In this document: in pieces, positions 27,961 to 37,700 of the stretch
Numbering within the stretch: position 1 is the stretch's first letter
Layout: each line of letters starts with the position of its first letter
Source: Candidatus Zixiibacteriota bacterium
Lineage (GTDB): Bacteria; Zixibacteria; MSB-5A5; GN15; FEB-12
Assembly (NCBI GenBank): GCA_030591625.1
Contig: JAUVAR010000001.1
Location: forward strand, 1-50,828
DNA length: 50,828 nucleotides
Reading direction: 5' to 3'
The notes under the pieces: generated by a model
The model's database searches: none
The model's input: only the letters and a program-made list of their open reading frames with translations
What the model was told of the DNA's origin: nothing
Made by a program: the position numbers and the translations under genes

Positions 27961-29214
27961 ATGTTTAAAAATTCGATTACAGTTCTTTTCATAGCCGTTT
28001 TTTTCTTATCTTTCCCAGCAATTGAGAAAACCGAAGCTTCTATATTCAAGTCTGGCGGCAATATACACATATCCAGACTTCACCAAATCGATGACGATCT
28101 TTACAGTTTTGGAGATGACATCCAAATCGACGGCACGATCGATGGTGACCTTATCTCAATAGGTGGACAAGTAACAATTCAAGGTGAAATCAAACGCTCA
28201 GCGAATCTTCTGGGCCGATCTATTGATCACTCAGGGACTGTTAACGGCTCTCTACGTGCATGCGGGCAGATTATCAATATCAGCGGCCGGGTGGGTGGCT
28301 CGGTACTCGCAGGTGGCGAACGCCTTACTCTTGCTCCTGAAGCGAGAGTAGAACGGGACCTCAATTTTTACGGCAAAATAATCTCTATCGATGGTATGGT
28401 TAAAGGAACTGTTCATGCCGGTGGTGAAAAAATAACTCTTACAGGTACTGTAACTGGTGATGTCTATCTGGAAGGAAATGAAATTGAGATTCTCCCTCCG
28501 GCCGTTATAGTAGGAAATCTGGTTTATACGAGCCCTAACGAAATTGATATTGATCAATCAGGTGTGAATATATTAGGTGATACTGAATGGCTCGGTAAAC
28601 TTGAAGATGAGGAAGATAACTCTAGCTCGGTTCAAATTGCTGTTGCCTTCTCTATGGCCTTAGCCGCCTTCCTATTCGGTTGGATAGCGATTAGACTATT
28701 TTCAAATCAGGTCAATGCAGCTCTTGATCAGCTTCACAACAAACTTGGTTTATCGCTTGGAATCGGATTTATCGGCCTCTTTGTAATCGCATTATGTATC
28801 ACAGTATTGGGGCTCGCATCTATCTCAGCACTTCTGGGTCGAGTACTTATCGCCTCGGATCAAACAATAATCGGTTCAATACTTATGATTGTGTCGCTTT
28901 TGTTGATTCCAATCGTCAGTTTGATTTCTGTAGCTGGTGGAGTTGTATTCTATAGTAGTTCTATTCTTGTGTCGCTATTTGCAGGACTTTTAATAACTGC
29001 GAAAAAAGGATCAGGCAATAATTCACCAAATCTGCTTGCACTTCTTGTGGGGTTGACTCTGACGTCGATACTATTTGCTATACCGATAATTGGTTGGATT
29101 ATTTGTCTGTTGGTAACCCTTACTGGAGCAGGTGCTATTTTCCTGGGATTCAAAGCAACCAGAAAAACTGCCCCTAGCAAAATCGAAAACAAGCCGACTT
29201 CTGGTTCTCAATAA
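27961..29214 (+). CDS. Membrane protein with an N-terminal bactofilin-like (polymer-forming, beta-helical repeat) region and a C-terminal multi-TM domain
   Basis: Signal/anchor segment, then ~200 aa of degenerate repeats (..I.IDGTIDGDLISIGGQVTIQGEI.. / ..INISGRVGGSVLAGGERLTL.. / ..ITLTGTVTGDVYLEGNEIEI..). About 5 hydrophobic helices follow. Confidence 0.55.
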   Translation: MFKNSITVLFIAVFFLSFPAIEKTEASIFKSGGNIHISRLHQIDDDLYSFGDDIQIDGTIDGDLISIGGQVTIQGEIKRSANLLGRSIDHSGTVNGSLRACGQIINISGRVGGSVLAGGERLTLAPEARVERDLNFYGKIISIDGMVKGTVHAGGEKITLTGTVTGDVYLEGNEIEILPPAVIVGNLVYTSPNEIDIDQSGVNILGDTEWLGKLEDEEDNSSSVQIAVAFSMALAAFLFGWIAIRLFSNQVNAALDQLHNKLGLSLGIGFIGLFVIALCITVLGLASISALLGRVLIASDQTIIGSILMIVSLLLIPIVSLISVAGGVVFYSSSILVSLFAGLLITAKKGSGNNSPNLLALLVGLTLTSILFAIPIIGWIICLLVTLTGAGAIFLGFKATRKTAPSKIENKPTSGSQ

Positions 29215-30971
29215 CCAGCCGTCGCTCCTCCTCTGCGACTGTCAGATGCAGCCTGCATAAATCCGTTATCATCGATAGTAATGATATGAAGGTCGCCGTA
29301 GAGAGAACGTTCTTTCAAAATGTGACTCAGTCCCTTTAGTGCATCGACCTGTTCGGAACTGAATGCTCCTTTCTCAAAATAAAGAAGATCAGGTATCCAC
29401 TGATGATGGAACCGTGCCTTGAGCACACTCTCTTGCGGAGTCATCCTGAAACGAAATAGATTAATAATATTCTGAGCGACAGTTGTGATAATCTTTGATC
29501 CACCTGACGAACCAGTTATGAGACGCGGGCGTTTATTTTGTAGTACCAAAGTTGGTGACATTGATGAGAGCATTCTCTTGGCCGGTTCAATCTTGTTGGC
29601 TTCACCACCAATCAGTCCCCAAATATTTGGATAACCCGGTCGTATAGAAAAATCATCCATTTCATTGTTCATGAGAAAACCGGCACCACTCACAACCAAC
29701 TTTGATCCAAATGTCGCATTCAGAGTCGTTGTAATTGAAACCATATTCCCATCATTGTCACATACAGACAGATGGGTAGTTTCATCACTCTCGACCGCAG
29801 AAGGATTTCCCGGTTGTATCTCTTCGGATTGTCCGGCTCGTTCAATCGCGATTTTTTGCCTTCGGAAGTTTATATATTTTTCATCAAGCATTCCGGACGG
29901 GATTTTCCAAAAATCGGGATCACCCAAATGAGCTGAACGATCCGCAAAGGCAAGACGTGATGCCTCGGTAAACAGATGAATATACTCAGGCGAGTCAGCA
30001 TTGTACTTACTGAAATCAAACGGCTCAATCAATTTTAGAATTTGTCCCATAATTATTCCACCCGACGAAGGGGGTGGCATAGAATAAATATCGAGCGAAT
30101 CAAACTTGAAATGAATCGGGTCGAGCCATCTTACATTGTACGATTCTAAATCTTCGTGAGTGATAATTCCACCATGCGCTCCCAAACCATCAACAATAAG
30201 ATCAGCAATATTACCTCTATAGAATGTCTCAGCACCTTCTGCCGCTATCTGATACAATACAGATGCCAACTCAGGTTGAACAAATCGTTCACCAGCCTTG
30301 AGAGGACGACCATCCGGCAAAAAGAGATCACTTGTTTCGGTAAAAGCGGAAAGAGCATCAGCGTATGAAATAAAATCGTTGGCAAGTATTTCATCCACTT
30401 CAAATCCGGTTTCGGCAAATCGAGCTGCATATAAAACCAAATCATTCCATGGCAAGCTTCCATATGTTTCCCAAAGTTTATAAAGTCCTGCAACTGTACC
30501 GGGTACCCCCGAGGACAAGGCACCTTTTGTTGAGAGCCCTTCTATCACTGTTCCGGTGCTATCCTGATACATCTTTTCGAATGCTGCCGCCGGTGCTTTC
30601 TCACGAAAATCAAGGGCACGAATATCACCTGTTTGGCCATCACGGATCAACGCAAAACCACCACCACCAAGATTACCTGCCTGAGGATGAACTACTGCGA
30701 GAGTTAATGCTGTAGCAACTGCTACATCAAAAGCATTGCCACCTTTCTTAAAAACCTGACGACCAACATCTGATGCCAGCGGTGAAACTGAGGCGATAGC
30801 TCCGCGAGTGAAGTAACTCGAGACACGAATTCCCTCACATGACAAAACGACAAGAACAAGACCAAGTGTAACTATAGTCACACACAGTAACCGTATAAAT
30901 CGATTAGTCTTGTTTTTGTCGTCGTCTATCGACATAAATTTTGTCGCCGAAATGTTATTGTCGTTTTTCAA
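29208..30971 (-). CDS. ggt: Gamma-glutamyltransferase
   Basis: 587 aa. Autoprocessing/nucleophile region ..ESDETTHLSVCD... Also ..GGGGFALI.. and ..GSSGGSKIITTV.. motifs. N-terminal anchor with a possible lipobox (VLSC). The start may instead be Met13 (30935), which would remove the 17-nt overlap with the upstream gene. Confidence 0.9.
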   Translation of the reverse strand: MKNDNNISATKFMSIDDDKNKTNRFIRLLCVTIVTLGLVLVVLSCEGIRVSSYFTRGAIASVSPLASDVGRQVFKKGGNAFDVAVATALTLAVVHPQAGNLGGGGFALIRDGQTGDIRALDFREKAPAAAFEKMYQDSTGTVIEGLSTKGALSSGVPGTVAGLYKLWETYGSLPWNDLVLYAARFAETGFEVDEILANDFISYADALSAFTETSDLFLPDGRPLKAGERFVQPELASVLYQIAAEGAETFYRGNIADLIVDGLGAHGGIITHEDLESYNVRWLDPIHFKFDSLDIYSMPPPSSGGIIMGQILKLIEPFDFSKYNADSPEYIHLFTEASRLAFADRSAHLGDPDFWKIPSGMLDEKYINFRRQKIAIERAGQSEEIQPGNPSAVESDETTHLSVCDNDGNMVSITTTLNATFGSKLVVSGAGFLMNNEMDDFSIRPGYPNIWGLIGGEANKIEPAKRMLSSMSPTLVLQNKRPRLITGSSGGSKIITTVAQNIINLFRFRMTPQESVLKARFHHQWIPDLLYFEKGAFSSEQVDALKGLSHILKERSLYGDLHIITIDDNGFMQAASDSRRGGATAGY

Positions 30972-33138
30972 CTAAGAAGATCAAACCATCGGGATAGTCA
31001 ACTTCAATAGCCAGGCCGGCTTTCAACTCTTTCTGAGTTGTCTTGATCGGCTCAGCTTCTTCACCATCCAGCATGTTAGTCAATTTGAGCTTCGGTGCAT
31101 TCATCCCGCCAGCCTTAAGGTCGGCCTGAATGATAATCTCTTTGCGGCGCACTTCCATTCCGTCAGAAAGTTCTCCCGGAGGAGGAATGACAACAAACAG
31201 TGTGCCTTTCTTGTCTCCCATTTGGAATGATATATCCGCAGATGGATCCGAACAATCCAAGTATGGTGCAATTGTTTCGTTTTCCAGGATAGACTCTACA
31301 TGCGAAAGTTTGCGATGGTTGCCACCGGATGACAAATCGAAACTAAACAGATAGAAGTTTCCTTTGAAACGTGATGAACAAACACCAACAACTTTGTTTT
31401 CAGATTTGCAAAGTTTCTTGACCTTCGAATCATCTGTTGTTCTGATTGCGCCAAACAGATGCGACGTAAACGATCCAGTCTTATGTTCAACTACACCGAT
31501 CTGATAATCAACAGTTGTTTTAATACGGAAATGATTAGCCAACACCTGGCACTCTTTCATCTCTTCATCATATTTAGGCATAACACCCATCATAATGATC
31601 GTCACACCAGCCTTAGCCAATTCAACCAGGGCTTCCTGATCTCTCTCAGACATAACTTCGGTGCTCGGCATAAACAACACATTGTAGTCAGTCATTGATT
31701 CCCAGTCACGGTTCTCACGAACCGCATAATGCAACTTAAGGCGCATCATGTCATGACAGAAACCGACACTCGCCTGATTCATCAAACGTTTAACATATTT
31801 AAAATCTTTGTCTGATTCTATAAGATGAAGCCATGAGTTAATACGACTCGCAACAACTGCAATCTTAGGCTTGTTTTCCATCTCTTCAAAACCGATCAAT
31901 GAAATAGCTGTATTGAAATTCTTGGCTACTTCGTAACCGTCGGAAACAGTACCATCTTTATGCAACGGTGCTCCATGCCAATGATCTCGATCAACAAACA
32001 TATAATGATTGAGACCCTTAAATCCAGAAGACAAAGCTGCCGCATAGTAGAAACGACGCTGATTGTTTGTAACTGGTGCTAGTTTCGCTTCACGTTCTGC
32101 ATCGGTCGCTGCCACACCGGATGTAAACGAAGTTGCAAAAGCAAATCCATATTCCGACTGAAGGAATCTCGCCTTATTTACGAGATCGAAATAACTTCCC
32201 TCAGGAAAAACATTGGTACCAAGGAATGGCGCACGATCTTCCGGTACGAGATTAAATGCCGGTAGCAATTCTCCTGACCGGAAATATAGAGAACGGAACA
32301 AAAGAGGTTCAACGGTATAGCTCTTGAAAACATCCTCAAGAATTTCTAAATATTCATTGAGCATATGTTCTCTAAACCGGAGCCAGTCTAAAGCCTTCGG
32401 ATAATCTTTTAGAGTCAATCCGGTAAATTTGCGCGGAGCCTCTACAGTTTCGAAACCTTTGTGTTTCTCACGATACTTGGCGTTGAGCTTCTTAATGTCT
32501 TCATAGCGAGTTTCCAGGAACTGACCATAAGACTCAGCCAGTACATCAGGATTGAAATCGGCTGAATCAGGTGATAGAAGACGACCGAACGAAGTTTCAT
32601 AATCTAACTCAACCATGAAAATCGGTCCACGCGGATGAACATAATTTTTTGTAACTTCAATAAACGCACGGAAGAATGATTTTAGATGAAACTGGAAATT
32701 ACGATGCAGGTAAGAAGGCAAATAGCCAGCCTCTACACCATACTGATTCTCAAGTTTGATCTCTTCACCAAGCGCATTTCTTGCAAATACTTTAATATCC
32801 GTAAATAGAAAATCGGGCAAACCACCATTCTTGATCTGGCCCGAAACCCAGGGACCCGGACGCAGAATAACTTTGAAACCGAATTCACGGGCAAGCTCCA
32901 AAAATACTACGAGGTCCTTGCGAGGGTCATCAAACCCATTGAAATCAAGTGATTTTGAATTATCTTGATGAACATTCCAAGGCACAGCCGTAGAAATGAT
33001 TCTAAATCCGGCCTTTTTGATCCGTTCAAAACAGATCGACCAATACCTTTTATCAATACGAAAATAATGGAGTTCAGCCGAATATGGCTGATACGTCTCT
33101 TTTCCGATAGAAAACTTGTTGCCGATTACACCGAGCAT
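30955..33138 (-). CDS. GH35-like beta-galactosidase (cytoplasmic, no signal peptide)
   Basis: N-terminus ..YQPYSAELHYFRIDKRYWSICFERIKKAGFRIISTAVPWNVHQ.. and ..VILRPGPWVSGQIKNGGLP.. resemble the GH35 TIM-barrel start. The C-terminal ~400 aa are not assigned. Confidence 0.65.
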   Translation of the reverse strand: MLGVIGNKFSIGKETYQPYSAELHYFRIDKRYWSICFERIKKAGFRIISTAVPWNVHQDNSKSLDFNGFDDPRKDLVVFLELAREFGFKVILRPGPWVSGQIKNGGLPDFLFTDIKVFARNALGEEIKLENQYGVEAGYLPSYLHRNFQFHLKSFFRAFIEVTKNYVHPRGPIFMVELDYETSFGRLLSPDSADFNPDVLAESYGQFLETRYEDIKKLNAKYREKHKGFETVEAPRKFTGLTLKDYPKALDWLRFREHMLNEYLEILEDVFKSYTVEPLLFRSLYFRSGELLPAFNLVPEDRAPFLGTNVFPEGSYFDLVNKARFLQSEYGFAFATSFTSGVAATDAEREAKLAPVTNNQRRFYYAAALSSGFKGLNHYMFVDRDHWHGAPLHKDGTVSDGYEVAKNFNTAISLIGFEEMENKPKIAVVASRINSWLHLIESDKDFKYVKRLMNQASVGFCHDMMRLKLHYAVRENRDWESMTDYNVLFMPSTEVMSERDQEALVELAKAGVTIIMMGVMPKYDEEMKECQVLANHFRIKTTVDYQIGVVEHKTGSFTSHLFGAIRTTDDSKVKKLCKSENKVVGVCSSRFKGNFYLFSFDLSSGGNHRKLSHVESILENETIAPYLDCSDPSADISFQMGDKKGTLFVVIPPPGELSDGMEVRRKEIIIQADLKAGGMNAPKLKLTNMLDGEEAEPIKTTQKELKAGLAIEVDYPDGLIFLVEKRQ

Positions 33139-33312
33139 TGTAAGTCCTTTTATATCAAAAGCTTGGGAGAAATAAAATCTACATGAACTATAAGGATAAT
33201 ATAATAATAGCTCAGAGTCAACATATTTCGCCTAACTCACTGAATGACATAGGCTTAAAATTCGCCTTTTCCGATTGAGGAATAATTATAGTATTCTTAT
33301 ATATATCTGCGA

Positions 33313-33350
33313 TAAGAAAGGCCCCTTAGGCTTTAAATACCTGAGGGGCC
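33313..33350 (-). terminator. Rho-independent terminator after the 286-aa T9SS cargo gene
   Basis: 10-bp stem ggccccttag / ctgaggggcc (33320-33350, one G-U pair) with an 11-nt loop. On the minus strand it is followed by tttctta. Confidence 0.7.
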
Positions 33351-33390
33351 GTATCAAATCTATAAGAGATTTTGATATCTATATCTATTC

Positions 33391-34251
33391 TTATTTGAGA
33401 AGCATCATCTTATTGGTTTTAACAAAGCTGTCAGCTTCAATGCGATAGAAATAGATTCCAGAACCGTAATTGGAAGCATCCCAATTAGCAAAATGACGTC
33501 CTGCAACCATATCTTCATTTACCAAAGTTTCAACTTCTTGTCCAAGGATATTGAAAATCTTCAAAGTCACATGGGCATGACGCGGTACGTCAAAATTGAT
33601 CTTTGTGGTTGGGTTGAACGGATTCGGGTAGTTCTGAGCGAGTGCAAATTCTGTAGGAAGATTTCCACCTACATCACCAACTGCAGATGCAACATCAATA
33701 CGCCAACACATCTCATCAGACCAGTCTGGGGTAATCTGAGGGTTAACAGCGACTAAATCAGCCCATTTCCATGTACCACCTGGTGGGTAGAAGGAAGAAT
33801 CAATACAGATATGTTTACCTGCATCAGCAACAAAAGTTGGGCCGATAGTAATTGTCATAGCTACACCATCAAAGCCAGCCGGAAGACCTAAAGCAGGAGG
33901 GAAGCCAAAACTTACCCCTGCAAATCCTATAGTATCAGCAAGAGCGCCATCATCACTAAACGCATTGATGAAAGCTTGAGTATAATTTGCTTCATAATTA
34001 TTTACCCAAGCACCAACAACTGTGGTCCAAGTAGCACCATCAGGCGAACTTATTTCAAAACCATTACCAGGGTTGTAAAAATTTGCAGAAGAGTTAATAA
34101 TTCTCATACTAATAACATGCGTGTTTCCAGCTTCAAGTGTTGTGTCGTTGAGTGTATTAGTTACAGATTCAAACGATACACTCTGCTGCGCAACTGCGAC
34201 AGAGAATGACAGAACAAGCGAAAGTAAAACAATCGATAAAACTTTTTTCAT
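33391..34251 (-). CDS. Small T9SS-sorted secreted protein, N-terminal ~190-aa domain of unknown function
   Basis: Signal peptide MKKVLSIVLLSLVLSFSVAVAQ. C-terminal T9SS type-A sorting domain (FALAQNYPNPFNPTTKINF..GIYFYRIE..NKMMLLK). Confidence 0.8.
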   Translation of the reverse strand: MKKVLSIVLLSLVLSFSVAVAQQSVSFESVTNTLNDTTLEAGNTHVISMRIINSSANFYNPGNGFEISSPDGATWTTVVGAWVNNYEANYTQAFINAFSDDGALADTIGFAGVSFGFPPALGLPAGFDGVAMTITIGPTFVADAGKHICIDSSFYPPGGTWKWADLVAVNPQITPDWSDEMCWRIDVASAVGDVGGNLPTEFALAQNYPNPFNPTTKINFDVPRHAHVTLKIFNILGQEVETLVNEDMVAGRHFANWDASNYGSGIYFYRIEADSFVKTNKMMLLK

Positions 34252-34633
34252 AATAGCTCCTGCTAAAATTAAATATGTTGTAAATCCAATTTATATTTTA
34301 AATAGGCCAATCGAAAAACAACCGTGAGGCGGCCAGATTTCAAAACTCAACCTATACTTAAATAATGCGTCATCAATCTGTTAGACGTATTCCAATTTCT
34401 ATAACCGTTTTCTAACTCCTTTAGTTTCACCTCCTGGCAAAATTCATAATTAGTACAAAACGTCACTTTCCATTCAAAAAATAAATACTCAAGAGCGCTC
34501 AGTCAACTGTTTTTTAAGGAGACAGTCAACAAAAAAAGATTAGAGGAATGATGCTTAAAAGATAGCATTACCGCCTAATGCGTTGCAACACATGAAGTTG
34601 TGTCGCTTGAGGCTATGCAAAACCGGATTATTA

Positions 34634-34665
34634 TAACAAAGGCCACTTCTTGAGAGAAGTGGCCT
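34634..34665 (-). terminator. Strong rho-independent terminator after the 1,571-aa gene
   Basis: Perfect 11-bp stem aggccacttct-tgag-agaagtggcct (34640-34665). On the minus strand it is followed by tttgtt. Confidence 0.8.
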
Positions 34666-34718
34666 TCTGATCCTGATCGATTGCGTTGCGGATATTTCGA
34701 TCGAGGTGCTTTTAATAT

Positions 34719-37700
34719 CTACTGTGGCGGTTGAGGTCCCGAGTTGTAGAGGAATCTGATCATGTAGGTCACATCACCAATATTAATATCATTGTCCTTA
34801 TCTACATCTGCTGATTCTGGAATCGCTGGCGCCTCGCCTCCACGGAAGAGATAGCCAATCAGCCAGGCCAGATCATTCATCGTGTATTTCTTGTTATTAT
34901 CAAGATCACCACGCAAGAATGATACAACCCTCAATACAGTTGAAACGGTGTCTGCTAATCCAAACGGATCAGTAGCTATAAATTCAATTGCGTACATTGA
35001 ATCAAGGTATGTATTGTCCGGGGTTACAGAATAGACACCAGAACCATTACCCGAATCTACAAATCCAGCAAACAATTGAGACCACATCGGGGTTGCTGTT
35101 AGTGTTATCAGGTCGAGGTCTGGTTCAATTGAACGAACAAGTATTTGAGAGAGTGCGTTTACTGCAATGTTAATAGTATCATTGATTGTGTTAGAGAAAT
35201 AAGGTGCCTGATTTCCTGCTTCAATCACATCGACCTGAATCGACTGTGAAATTGAAAGTCCTCTATCGTCAGTTGCAATAAACAAAATGTTATATGTTCC
35301 GGCCTGAGTAAAATCAGGAGAGAAGCGGAAAGTCCCAAACCCAGGGGTTGTGCTAAAAGTAGCATTGGCTGGACTACCTGTCATCGACAACATAGGAGCC
35401 GAGCTTCCATCAAAATCGGTAGCACCAATCTGGAAAGTAACGTTATCACCTTCAGTTACCGTGAATGGTCCTTCACCATTTATAAATACAAATTCAGGCG
35501 GGGCGTTGCGATCATTTACTGTAATCTGGACCGGAGCGGTAGCGTCCTTAACTAATCCAGGATCAGCTGCATCGGTAGCAAAGAATCTGATATAGTAGAA
35601 ACTCGACGATGTACCGCCTTGAGAGTAATCCGGGTAGAATGTAAGGACACCAATACCGTTACCCGAATCTACCATTACCATATTAGGTTCAGTCAAACTT
35701 GTTTCGCCATCTATTCTTGCTCCGATAGCAGGAATCGTTCCGTCAGGATCATCTGCAAAGACGACGTACACCAAAGTATCACCTTCAAAGACTGATGCTG
35801 GCCCCATAGTAACAATTCTTGGAGCTCTATTTGAATCAATAACGATGATTGAAACAAACTCTGTATCCATTACTGTTGGAACATCAAAATCCTCTGCAAG
35901 GATAAGAATATCATAACTGCCTTCTTGCAGGTCAGTCGGAATCCATGAGAACAATCCTGTGCCATCACGATTATCTGTTACAGTTGCACCAGTAGGGAGC
36001 AAGGCACCAGTAATTAGTGGTGGTTCTGTTCCATCGATATCCTGAGTGTAAATATTGAATGAAATACTTTTAAGCTCGATACCCTGCTGATCGGTTAAGG
36101 CCGCCAGCACAGGAAGCTGGTTACCAGCATCGGCAACATCAAGAGTTATTGTAATTGTATCAGCAAGAATACCGTCTGATGCAATCAAGTCGATCGCGTA
36201 AACGCCAGCATCAAGGAAGAACGGTTCGGCGATAAAACGACCAACACCGTCACTCTCATCGGTGAAACTTACAAATGCCGGCATACTGGCTCCAACCACA
36301 TTAAGTGTGATAGAACCTTCATCAGGGTCAGATGCAGTAACTACAAATTCAAGAGTGTCACCTTCAACCATTGTTGTAGCCGGCAGAGCACCAAAGACGG
36401 GAGCCTGATCACCTGCTTCATAGACTTGAACCAAGACTACTTCTTTAGCAGTTGAAAAACCATCACTCGCTTTGACTGTAACCGAATGCAAGCCGGACTG
36501 AACAAAGTTAGGGAAAAAAGTAAAGACACCACTGCCATCACCATTATCTACAAAAGTTGAGTTTTCAGGAAGCCCTGATCCAGAAAGCGTAGGAATAGCT
36601 CCGTCTGCATCAGTTGCTGAAACATTCAAAATCAGCAAATCACCTTCGGTAACTGTTTGCGCGCCTATTGGAGCGAGCACTGGTCGAATATTTGTAGTTA
36701 CGACACTAATTTCTATGTCAATTGTGGAAGAGAGTTGAGGCAGACCTTGATCGACTGCAAGGAACGAGACTGTATTGATTCCTGCCTGGGTAGCATCTGG
36801 TACAAAAGTATAAGTTCCTGTACCGTCACCATTATCTACAAACGATGCATTTGGTATTGCTGTCAAAACTGAGAGGAAGATAGAATTGGTAAGGTTCGGG
36901 TCGGTCGAGTCGGAAACAATGATCGTGAACGAAAGGGTATCACCCACAGCGATTCCAAACGGACCAGCAACAGTCCAAAGCGGAGCCTGGTTAACATCGG
37001 TTGTTGTAATAACAAACGATGTATTACCTGTTTGTTGCGGAGTACCAAAGTCGGTAGCGAAGAAATTAACTGTGTCGATACCAGCATCGATAAAGTCAGG
37101 TGAATAACTGAAACTCGCGGTTCCGTCACCATTATCTAAGAATGTATAATTCTGTAGAGAAGTGTTAACAGATAGAATTGGGAAGAATGCTCCACCATCA
37201 GGGTCGTTCGCCGTGATAGTAATGGCGAGAACATCTCCTTCGTTAACAGTTGTATCATTTTGAATTACAAAGATCGGAGCCTGGTTGCCTGATTCATTAA
37301 CTGTGATATCAACAAACTCAGAATCTGCAAGGGTGCCATCGGAGGCAATGAATGTTACTGTAATCAAACCGGCCTGATCAAAAGCAGGTGAGAAATCAAA
37401 CGATCCAGTTCCATCAAGATTATCTATGAATGTAGCATTGAGTGGAAGATTGACCGCACTCAGCGCAGGAATCGTTCCATCAACATCGCTGGCACTAACT
37501 GCAAATGCAAGGTTGGCACCTTCATTGGTAGTTTGAGCACCAATCGCTGCCAACACAGGAGTCTGATTACCTGCTTCGGCAATAGTGACATTCACAATAC
37601 CTGAGTCAGTTTCGATTCCATCAGTAGCGTAGAAAGAGATGTCATAAATACCGGCCTGAGTGAAATCAGGAGTCCAGCTAACCAAACCAACACCATTGAG

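Noticed and set aside
34252-34633. A long (~380 nt) leader upstream of the 286-aa T9SS gene contains several short hairpins and a direct repeat, CAGTCAAC (x2).
   Set aside because: The structures are short and imperfect and match no known RNA family that I recognise. This cannot be evaluated without comparative data.
34722-34916. The dockerin-like module could be evidence of a cellulosome.
   Set aside because: No cohesin, scaffoldin, or dockerin-fused glycoside hydrolase is present in the window. The carrier is an adhesin-type repeat protein, so only a generic dockerin-mediated assembly hypothesis is retained.
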